From positions 1 through 32,335 of IMG/VR virus record IMGVR_UViG_3300025009_000300: a DNA stretch of 32,335 nucleotides; one strand, written 5' to 3'. A model generated the notes under the pieces. That model worked only from the letters and a program-made list of their open reading frames with translations. It made no database searches and had not been told where the DNA came from. The DNA comes from a virus (taxonomy: Duplodnaviria > Caudoviricetes). A program made the translations under genes and the position numbers. Shown here piece by piece: positions 15,982 through 23,531 of the stretch. Position 1 is the first letter of the stretch. Every line of letters begins with the position of its first letter.

Positions 15982-16036
15982 CAAAGAACTCCGCAATGTA
16001 CCCTTAGTTACCCAAGGGTACACTAGCAATCCTTTG
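15982..16036 (-). promoter_or_regulatory. Conserved hairpin, copy 1 (RNase III-like site candidate)
   Basis: Minus strand CAAAGGATT-GC-TAGTGTACCCTT...AAGGGTACATTG-CGG-AGTTCTTTG. Confidence 0.55.
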
Positions 16037-16043
16037 TCTGAAT

Positions 16044-16142
16044 TTGGGTTTCTGTCTCTAGTACCTAGAATCCTAGGTAAGTATTCTTGTCATTTATGGC
16101 AATTTCCTATCTAAGCAATCGTCTCTAGAGACAGATTCCCAA
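16044..16142 (-). promoter_or_regulatory. Long-range stem that includes a palindrome half-site
   Basis: TTGGGTTTCTGTCTCTAG (16044-16061) and CTAGAGACAGATTCCCAA (16125-16142) are complementary at 16 of 18 positions. Confidence 0.55.
16120..16133. repeat. 14-bp palindrome, one terminal mismatch
   Basis: CGTCTCTAGAGACA, intergenic. Confidence 0.9.
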
Positions 16143-16146
16143 GGCC

Positions 16147-16824
16147 CTAAAACGGAACCTCCTCCGTAACCGTAGGAACTACAGCCTCCACGTTAGTCTT
16201 ATGCTCACCGACTGCCATGTAAGTCGCCATGAGAGACGTTACCAGCGCCTCAAGCTCAACTACGTTGCTGATGTTGGCGTAGTTGTCTTCAATAATCTTG
16301 AGTCCACGCTTGACCGCTTGTTCTGGTGTCTCCTGGTTTTTCAGCATAGCGTCTAGTTCAGACTTGGGCCGAATCTTGCCGTTCGGGAATACCTCGTCCA
16401 CTCCAGCAACAAAGATAGCACCGAATATCGTGGAAAGATACTTCCATTGATTCGCAGTGTACGGCAGGGAGCGAAACTTGATACCGTTTTTATCCCGAGT
16501 CTTCCAGGGTTTCCCGTCCTTATCCACTACTTCCGGGATTTCAGCGTCCAGCGCCTGCTGCAAGTAGGAGTTCACAGGCGTCTTCGCCATCTCTATCCAG
16601 TCCTTTTTGTCGAGAGTTCCATCGTTTTCGAGAGCAACCAATTCCTGCTCCCAGAGCATTCTTCCCGTTGCGTTCCATGCCTGTTCAGTCGCCTCAGTGC
16701 TACGGGCCTGAGCCTTGGACTGCTTGACGCATACAGTAAGCCAGTCGATTCCGTTGAAGTTGCCCTTAGCTGCCTTGGCACTAGTAGAAGCCGGGACGAT
16801 TCCAGTAGTTGCAGTAGTTTCCAT
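16147..16824 (-). CDS. Hypothetical early protein ending in EEVPF
   Basis: 225-aa ORF with GGAGG RBS. Confidence 0.85.
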   Translation of the reverse strand: METTATTGIVPASTSAKAAKGNFNGIDWLTVCVKQSKAQARSTEATEQAWNATGRMLWEQELVALENDGTLDKKDWIEMAKTPVNSYLQQALDAEIPEVVDKDGKPWKTRDKNGIKFRSLPYTANQWKYLSTIFGAIFVAGVDEVFPNGKIRPKSELDAMLKNQETPEQAVKRGLKIIEDNYANISNVVELEALVTSLMATYMAVGEHKTNVEAVVPTVTEEVPF

Positions 16825-16846
16825 TGCGTTTCCTCCGTTGGTTTGG

Positions 16847-16860
16847 TGTCTCTAGAGACA
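16847..16860. repeat. 14-bp palindrome TGTCTCYRGAGACA
   Basis: TGTCTCTAGAGACA, intergenic, followed directly by a further half-site GTCTCTAG. Confidence 0.95.
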
Positions 16861-16875
16861 GTCTCTAGCTTGGTT

Positions 16876-17181
16876 TTACTTCGTAACCTCTGGTGTCCAG
16901 TTAGCCACGTTATTGTGTATACGCTTGAAATTCAGTTTACGCTTGAAACCGATTACTTGGCCTTCTTGGTTCTCCACATCATCCCAATACACGCTTACTT
17001 CCCGCTTAGCCGCTATGAACTTCCTTGTCTTCGCAGTACGTTCCACAGTGCCTAAGCGAATAGGGCGGGATGTGCAGGTATCCATGCGTTTCTTATGGGC
17101 ATTTGGCATAACGCCAGTGTCAAATGACCCGTGATTACCTACGCCCTTAGGGGCGTCATAGTATGCGTAGTGCTTCTTCAT
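16876..17181 (-). CDS. Hypothetical basic early protein
   Basis: Start reassigned to ATG 17181 after GGAGG. Confidence 0.75.
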   Translation of the reverse strand: MKKHYAYYDAPKGVGNHGSFDTGVMPNAHKKRMDTCTSRPIRLGTVERTAKTRKFIAAKREVSVYWDDVENQEGQVIGFKRKLNFKRIHNNVANWTPEVTK

Positions 17182-17211
17182 AGTGCCTCCATTGTTCCTT
17201 GGTTTCACTGA

Positions 17212-17334
17212 TTATCTGTGGATATAACGATAAAGTCTATCGCTGATGATTCTTCCTTGCCTCTGCAAGTCATGTGCATAGTACCACTGTCCAGGTGTTG
17301 CACATGCCCATGCTTTGAAGTCGTTTATGCTCAT
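17212..17334 (-). CDS. Probable first early gene, 40-aa peptide
   Basis: Manual translation MSINDFKAWACATPGQWYYAHDLQRQGRIISDRLYRYIHR after GGAGG. Confidence 0.65.
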   Translation of the reverse strand: MSINDFKAWACATPGQWYYAHDLQRQGRIISDRLYRYIHR

Positions 17335-17366
17335 GGTATCCTCCGTAATTCTTTGGTTCTTTGGTG

Positions 17367-17429
17367 TCAAAGACTCCATAGTGCCAATACCAGGGCATAC
17401 TCACTGGTATTAGCACTAGCAATCTTTGA
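17367..17429 (-). promoter_or_regulatory. Conserved hairpin, copy 2 (RNase III-like site candidate)
   Basis: Minus strand TCAAAGATT-GC-TAGTGCTAATACCAG...CTGGTATTGGCACTA-TGG-AGTCTTTGA. Confidence 0.55.
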
Positions 17430-17679
17430 TAGCCTGTCACGCTATCATGCATCCCTGTTCACCTACTATGTCGCCACGCAAGGGCTTTCAGTGTTCAGGT
17501 CAGTCGGTGAGGATGTCACCACTTAATTCAACCGAGGTCTGCACAGTCCCACATGGAGCTCACATGGTTCACCTGTAGTGCCTGACTTGTCGTACCCTTT
17601 CGGCTCTCCTCGCTAGTGCCGTAATGCCGTCGGGGCACCCTGTTTCCAGCCAGAAATCGGGAATCGTTGGCTGCCAATC

Positions 17680-17693
17680 CGTCTCTAGAGACA
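17680..17693. repeat. 14-bp palindrome, one terminal mismatch
   Basis: CGTCTCTAGAGACA in the control region. Confidence 0.9.
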
Positions 17694-18030
17694 ACCACTT
17701 CGTGGTTCAAGGCGCATGATACACAGGCAAATGCACACGTATACATAGGCACACATAGCACATCTTGTGCAAGGGCATTGATCTTCTTGTGCTATACCCA
17801 TGCACTTTCCACGTATATTCGCGCACTTACACCGGGTGGGGCCTTGCGCATGAAGGGGAACCCAAGGTGTCGCGGGAAAGGGAGACCCCCCGAGTCACCG
17901 GGGGGATGGTCACACTCTCTCCCAGATACCTAAAAATATTCTATACTTACCCTACCCTGGACTCTCCCTGGAATTACTAAGACATTGCATATAATTTAGT
18001 AAAACGACTTACATAGAATACATTAGTATA

Positions 18031-18043
18031 TACTATAGAACTG
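18031..18043 (+). promoter_or_regulatory. Candidate late promoter element, copy 1
   Basis: TACTATAGAACTG upstream of terS, 12/13 identical to 20702-20714. Confidence 0.4.
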
Positions 18044-18081
18044 GTTACTAAGTAAAGAACCATTAGGAGGGAGCTTTAATA

Positions 18082-19239
18082 ATGTATATACAAAAGAGTA
18101 CTATGGAATCCAAAAGAAATACAACTGAAAAGTTATCGAATTCCTCTGACAACCCTAGTGTCATCCAGGGAAAACCAGAGGACACTATAGACAGCTCAGT
18201 AGAGTCCTTAGCTTTCGTAGGAGAAGAACAAAAAGAAATAGATGAGCTTAGGAAAGACCTAAGGGAGTCCATGGCTCTAGAGAATAGATTAATTAAAAAG
18301 AATACTAAGAAGCCAAGGAAAGCTCAGAGTGCTTTGGTATCCAAGACTAGAAAGAGAACCCTAGACCCAGCTAAGCTGGACCAAGAAAAACAATGGCAAA
18401 TCGTTAAGGAGTACACCGAGGGGACTCTTACCGTTACTCAGTTAGCTGAGAAATATAATACTTCTACTGACAACATAGGGCTTATCGCCACTAGATGTTG
18501 GAAGAACTTGACCAATATGAAAGAAACCAGAGCCCTGGTATCCATTAATTCAGTCAGTTCTCAGCATTCCCTTAAAGTGTTACATAACACTAACCTTATC
18601 AACCAACAGTTTTTAGATTTACTTTCAACTTCTGGGACGGAGACCACTCTCACTGATGCAGAGTCCATCTATGCTTGGGTCTACACTCACACCGGAGAGA
18701 ACCAGTTGGCGTTGGAAGAGTCTGGGCTCCATGTTGGGTTACTCCATGCTAAGAATGATCCCAATAAAAGTCAGCCCAACTACGAGAAAGCGTGTTCCCT
18801 CAGAGGTATGTACCTTAGGTCGCTTCCCAATGTCGCTTCTTATATCAAAGAGCTTAGAGAGAGACGTTTCGTTGACCAGGATATCAGTAAAGCCAGGGTA
18901 CAGTCCGAACTGATTGACCAGCTCTCTCAGCTAAAAGAAAGCGGAGACCCTAGGAATAAGACCCATATTTTGAAGACCATCGAACTCTTAGGCAAGACCA
19001 TCGGGGCATTTATCGAACGGGTCGAGGTCACTGAGATTGATCCAAACAAAGCGTTGGACCATCTAATCGACATGGCAAAGACAGGGGCTGTGAGGGAGCT
19101 GCATAGGAACCAGGGGAAAACCAGAGAGCCAGAGAGGCCAACTGAGCCAAAGAAAATTGTCTCTGGAGACAGAGTTGTTACTTACGTTTCTCCAGAACCA
19201 GACGACCTCGTAACAGAAGAGTGGGAAATTCAGGAGTAA
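18082..19239 (+). CDS. terS: Terminase small subunit with an extra N-terminal HTH
   Basis: Directly upstream of terL. C-terminal half has PNVASYIKELR...ILKTIELLGKTIGAF typical of small terminases; HTH-like TVTQLAEKYNTSTDNI near the N-terminus. Confidence 0.7.
   Translation: MYIQKSTMESKRNTTEKLSNSSDNPSVIQGKPEDTIDSSVESLAFVGEEQKEIDELRKDLRESMALENRLIKKNTKKPRKAQSALVSKTRKRTLDPAKLDQEKQWQIVKEYTEGTLTVTQLAEKYNTSTDNIGLIATRCWKNLTNMKETRALVSINSVSSQHSLKVLHNTNLINQQFLDLLSTSGTETTLTDAESIYAWVYTHTGENQLALEESGLHVGLLHAKNDPNKSQPNYEKACSLRGMYLRSLPNVASYIKELRERRFVDQDISKARVQSELIDQLSQLKESGDPRNKTHILKTIELLGKTIGAFIERVEVTEIDPNKALDHLIDMAKTGAVRELHRNQGKTREPERPTEPKKIVSGDRVVTYVSPEPDDLVTEEWEIQE
19158..19171. repeat. 14-bp palindrome TGTCTCYRGAGACA
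   Basis: TGTCTCTGGAGACA near the 3' end of terS (VSGD). Confidence 0.95.
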
Positions 19240-19246
19240 TACCCAG

Positions 19247-20683
19247 ATGACAACTAAGCATTACTCCGTACCAGCGACCCAAGCTAACCTTGGGTCCATG
19301 AGCCCGTCTCAGAAATACAATGAATTGATAAAGCTATGGCGAGATGATCCTCTCGTAGCTATCCACTCTTTATTCGGGGTTATACCAGATGAGCAACAGT
19401 CAGCACTGATATTGGCCGCAAATGCCCCTGGGGCCAGGATTTGCGTCAAGTCGTGCCAGGGTGCCGGGAAAACCTCGTGTCTCACTTGGCTTTGTTTTTA
19501 CTTCCTTTTGACCCTCCCCGATTGTCGGATACTTATTACTTCTCCTTCGTTCCAACAGCTAGGTCGAGTTTTCAATACAGAGCTTATCAAATGGCATATG
19601 AAGATGCCAGAGATGTTCAAAGACTTCTTTGAGATTACTAAGGAACGAGTCTTCCTCAAAAGCAACCCAACTCAAGCAGCCCACTTAGTTACGGCTAAAG
19701 CAGAGAATCAAGAATCTTTGCAGGGTGGTCATGCTGAGAACTACATTATACTTGCTGATGAAGCATCCGGTATTGATGAAGGAGTCTTTGACTTGCTGTA
19801 CGGTACCTTGGGTACTGGGTCCGGGGGTCGGTTCATAATGACCAGCAACCCAGTTCGTAACTCTGGGCGTTTCTATGAAATCTTCGACCGAGAGATAAAC
19901 CCATGGGTTCTCCAGACATTCCATGCTGCTGGAAGTTCTCAGGTAAAGCCGGAGTGGATAGCGGAAATGGCGGAGTTCTATGGAGAAGATAGTGACTTCT
20001 ACAAAATCCGCGTACTAGCACAGTTCCCTAGAGCGTCTGAGGATCAGTTCATTCCAGTGGACTACGTTGAGCAAGCTATGGAATCCGATCTCCCCAAAGG
20101 TTCCTACGCTAACTTTGAAAAAGTAGCTGGAGTGGACGTAGCGAGATTTGGGAGTGATAAGACGGTTCTCACGTTGAGACAGGGACCAAAGCTCTTAGAC
20201 GTTACTACATTCTCTGGCCTGGACAACATGGAAGTTTCAGCGAGAGTCTTGGACTATCACCGTAAGTGGATGCCACAGCGTATTTTTGTTGACTCTATTG
20301 GTGTCGGTGCTGGGGTCTATGACCGCTGCAAGCAGCTTGGCCTCCCAGTAGTAGAGGTCGTAGTCTCTACTCGGTCCTCTGATCCTAAGACTTACTTCAA
20401 CCTCCGAGGGCAGCTCTGGGGTGAGATGAGGACTTGGTTGAGCAACGGAGCGTCTCTTCCTAAGAATGATGATCTAAAGTCCCAGCTAGCTGCAATGACC
20501 TACGCCTATAATAACAAAATGCAGATACAGCTATCCACGAAAAAGGATATGAAGAAGCGTGGCTTAGATTCCCCGGATATAGCTGATTCTATTGCACTAA
20601 CTTTTGCTGGTAATACCTTTGCTTATACCCCAAAGATGGCTATGAAGCGTAATGTAGCTAAGTCCAATTATTTCTGGGTATAA
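19247..20683 (+). CDS. terL: Terminase large subunit
   Basis: Walker A SCQGAGKT, Walker B ILADEASG, TSNP, nuclease GVDVARFGSD and SPDIAD. Confidence 0.96.
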   Translation: MTTKHYSVPATQANLGSMSPSQKYNELIKLWRDDPLVAIHSLFGVIPDEQQSALILAANAPGARICVKSCQGAGKTSCLTWLCFYFLLTLPDCRILITSPSFQQLGRVFNTELIKWHMKMPEMFKDFFEITKERVFLKSNPTQAAHLVTAKAENQESLQGGHAENYIILADEASGIDEGVFDLLYGTLGTGSGGRFIMTSNPVRNSGRFYEIFDREINPWVLQTFHAAGSSQVKPEWIAEMAEFYGEDSDFYKIRVLAQFPRASEDQFIPVDYVEQAMESDLPKGSYANFEKVAGVDVARFGSDKTVLTLRQGPKLLDVTTFSGLDNMEVSARVLDYHRKWMPQRIFVDSIGVGAGVYDRCKQLGLPVVEVVVSTRSSDPKTYFNLRGQLWGEMRTWLSNGASLPKNDDLKSQLAAMTYAYNNKMQIQLSTKKDMKKRGLDSPDIADSIALTFAGNTFAYTPKMAMKRNVAKSNYFWV

Positions 20684-20701
20684 GAAATTGATTACTACGG
20701 C

Positions 20702-20714
20702 TACTATATAACTG
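20702..20714 (+). promoter_or_regulatory. Candidate late promoter element, copy 2
   Basis: TACTATATAACTG in the terL-portal intergenic gap. Confidence 0.4.
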
Positions 20715-20762
20715 AACTTTATAACAGTACAATTAATACACAACTTAACACCAGAAGGAAAT

Positions 20763-23273
20763 ATGGAAGAGAGCTTTGTAATAGAGGGGAAAGAAGGAGT
20801 ATCTGTTCAAACACTTGCACAAGTAGCTGCTGAGGTAGTATCAAACAATGCTCTCGAAGCAACTCAAGAGTTTGAAGCAGAGAGGATGGAGCAGTTCAAC
20901 TCTTCTCTAGCTGGTCATATAATCAATAACTTTGAGCTGAACAAGACAGCTAGACGGGACTCAGGCATAGAAGAAGAAATGCTAGAGTCTCTTCGTGCGT
21001 TTAATGGTTCCTATTCTCCCTCCGACTTAGCTAAGATTGGATCAGATGGCGGTTCTTTGATTTACATGAATATTACTTCCACTAAGTGCAGAGCCTGCGC
21101 TAGCTGGATCAAAGATATCCTAATGCCTTCCAATGGAAGAGCGTGGGAAGTAAACGCCTCAGTAGTCGAGGATATCAGCCCAGAGCTCATGGAGGAGATC
21201 GAGAAGCGGCTAGAGGAAGAGTTCACTAATTTCGAGAAAACTGAGAAAGAAGCGGAATCCAAAGAAACTTCTGGTGCTGCGGGTCAAGGTGCTCCTCCTC
21301 CGGCATCAAACGATGTAGCACCAGAAGCTGTTGCTCAAGCTCCTCAGAGTTCCCAAGGCGCTCAGGCTCCCCAGGAATCTCAGAAACCTAATCCACCTAC
21401 CCCCGCATCTAAAGTAGCTATGCGTCTCAGGGAGATGAACAAAGCTCGAAGAGACGTAAAGGAAACGATTAGGGAAGAAATCAGGATGGTCGCCAAGTCC
21501 GAGATGAAGGACATGGAGAAAATGATAGAGGATCAGTTGGACGCTGGAGACTGGGAAGAAGCATTGTCAGACTTCGTAGACAATTTCTGTGTGTATCCAA
21601 CAGCTTTCCTCAAAGGGCCGATTATTACTAAACGTAAGAAGTGCTCTTGGAACCAAGGGAAGCTGGTCGAGAAAGATGATTACGTCTTCTTCAATAAAGC
21701 AGTGAACCCCTTGGATATGTATCCGTCTCCTTCTGCTAACCGCATTGGAGATGGTGCTCTGATTGAGCATATGCGTTTAGAGAGAAAAGATCTAGTTTCG
21801 ATGAAGGGCCTGGGGGCAGAGAACGGATATAAGGATTTTGAGATAGATGAGATACTTGAGGAGTATGCTGCACCGGAGTTTGTTAACTGGTGGAATACTG
21901 ACATTGAAGATGAGAAAGCAACTGAAGAAGCCAGAGGTAGTTCTTTTCATTCTAATCGTAATATTATTCATGCTCTACATTTTCATGGACCAGCTAGCAT
22001 TAAGTCTGTTAGAGATTGGGGATATCCTGAGTCCGAGCTGGTAAATAAGAAAGATACGGATGAAGTAGAAATCGAAGCTATACTAGTCGGCAACACAGTA
22101 ATCAAAGTGCTTCTTAATGATGATCCAATGAAGAGGCGTCCGTACTATAAAGCTTCTTTTCAGAATCGTCCAGGTTCTTTCTGGGGTCGGTCACTACCTA
22201 ATCTCATGCGTTCAGAGCAGAGGATGTGTAACGCTACAGCAAGAGCGTTGGCAAACAACATGGGTGCTGCTGCTGGCCCACAGGCGGAGATTTACATAGA
22301 CCGCCTAGCGGATGCAGGAGATATTACTGAGATTACTCCATTCAAGATTTGGCAAGTTACTTCTGATCCTACTGGTGCGGGAGGAAGAGCAGTTACTTTC
22401 AGTACTGTTCCGTCCATCGCTGCTGAGTTACTTAGCGTTTATAAAGAGTTTGAACTAAGGGCAGATGATGCGACAGGTATTCCTAGGTATAGTTATGGAA
22501 ATGAAAGGGTCGGCGGAGCGGCTCAGACAGCATCGGGCCTATCAATGCTTCTGGAATCTGCGAGCAAGGGCATTAAGGATGCTATACGACATATTGATCA
22601 TGGTGTCCTAATCCCGAGAGTAGAGCTACAGTTCTATTGGAACCTTAAGAAATATCCAGAACTGAACTACACTGGGGATATCGAAGTAGTAGGCAAAGGC
22701 TCTGCTGCATTGACAATCAAAGCTGCTGAGCAGGGCAAACGAATGGAATTCCTACAAGCTATCGCCGGTAATCCAGCTATCATGGGAGTCGTTGGTGAAG
22801 AGGGTATGGCTGAGATATTCAGAACAATGCTTCAGGACATTAATATTGGAGAGATACTGATCCCCTCTCGCTTAGAACTCAGAACCAAGTCTAAGGAACG
22901 GGAACAAGCTGCTGCACAACAGCAACAGCAAGCAATACAGTTGGCTTCTGAGAAGAATCAGATTGGCCTCAAGGCCACTGAGACTCAGATTCAGGGGCAA
23001 GTGAATATGCACATGGAAGCTATGAAGCGGAAAGACCGGGAACTTGATCTCAAAGAAAAGACCGAGATGGCTAGGTCTATAGACAAGGGCCGAGAGCTAG
23101 AGACTAGGGAACGAGTAGCATCAGGCAGGAACACAGTAGACTCAGCGAGAGCCAGGGCAGAACAAGAGCAAGCTGATCTAATGCAACGTAGAGAGATGGC
23201 TTTTGACTTAGAGACTGCACAAAGTGAGTCCCCAACTGATACTATAACAAAGCGAATGGAAAGAAACGGTTAG
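20763..23273 (+). CDS. Portal protein
   Basis: Follows terL; RRPY...PGSFWGRSL, ADDATGIP, TASGLSML motifs and a long helical C-terminus. Confidence 0.88.
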   Translation: MEESFVIEGKEGVSVQTLAQVAAEVVSNNALEATQEFEAERMEQFNSSLAGHIINNFELNKTARRDSGIEEEMLESLRAFNGSYSPSDLAKIGSDGGSLIYMNITSTKCRACASWIKDILMPSNGRAWEVNASVVEDISPELMEEIEKRLEEEFTNFEKTEKEAESKETSGAAGQGAPPPASNDVAPEAVAQAPQSSQGAQAPQESQKPNPPTPASKVAMRLREMNKARRDVKETIREEIRMVAKSEMKDMEKMIEDQLDAGDWEEALSDFVDNFCVYPTAFLKGPIITKRKKCSWNQGKLVEKDDYVFFNKAVNPLDMYPSPSANRIGDGALIEHMRLERKDLVSMKGLGAENGYKDFEIDEILEEYAAPEFVNWWNTDIEDEKATEEARGSSFHSNRNIIHALHFHGPASIKSVRDWGYPESELVNKKDTDEVEIEAILVGNTVIKVLLNDDPMKRRPYYKASFQNRPGSFWGRSLPNLMRSEQRMCNATARALANNMGAAAGPQAEIYIDRLADAGDITEITPFKIWQVTSDPTGAGGRAVTFSTVPSIAAELLSVYKEFELRADDATGIPRYSYGNERVGGAAQTASGLSMLLESASKGIKDAIRHIDHGVLIPRVELQFYWNLKKYPELNYTGDIEVVGKGSAALTIKAAEQGKRMEFLQAIAGNPAIMGVVGEEGMAEIFRTMLQDINIGEILIPSRLELRTKSKEREQAAAQQQQQAIQLASEKNQIGLKATETQIQGQVNMHMEAMKRKDRELDLKEKTEMARSIDKGRELETRERVASGRNTVDSARARAEQEQADLMQRREMAFDLETAQSESPTDTITKRMERNG

Positions 23274-23276
23274 CCT

Positions 23277-23462
23277 ATGAAGATCAAGGCAACCCAAATA
23301 GAGAGGAGCGACAGTAAAGCAGGGAACATGAGGTCTCTGCTTAGTGTTATTGACCAGACAATAGACGAACAGACTAAGATTCTGGTCATGCAGAGGGAGG
23401 ATACAAGATTGTATCAGGGATATGTTCAAGCCCTGTTAGCAATAAAGGAGTTCTTGTCATAA
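23277..23462 (+). CDS. Small head-module protein
   Basis: 61 aa between portal and scaffold, with YQGYVQAL resembling the small protein often found at this position in podoviruses. Confidence 0.65.
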   Translation: MKIKATQIERSDSKAGNMRSLLSVIDQTIDEQTKILVMQREDTRLYQGYVQALLAIKEFLS

Positions 23463-23531
23463 ATGCAAGTCTCAGAGTGAATCCTACTATTGTAGCTCAC
23501 AAGAATCACTTAGCAAAGGAGAGAAACCAAG

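Larger units (their letters stand above)
17430..18060. other. Divergent control region (early/late boundary; possible genome terminus, pac site or origin)
   Basis: No credible ORF. Many short stems, a GC-rich CCCCCCG-AGTCAC-CGGGGGG stem (17886-17905), then an AT-rich tract before terS. Confidence 0.6.

Noticed and set aside
17240-17275. CTGATGA as a hammerhead ribozyme core
   Set aside because: No GAAA after a stem II, and the sequence is antisense to a credible 40-aa gene.
17218-17980. Listed short ORFs in the control region (17218-17526, 17270-17452, 17528-17761, 17667-17933, 17765-17980)
   Set aside because: They overlap each other on both strands and lack the GGAGG-type RBS seen before real genes; a better 40-aa ORF with an RBS exists at 17212-17334.
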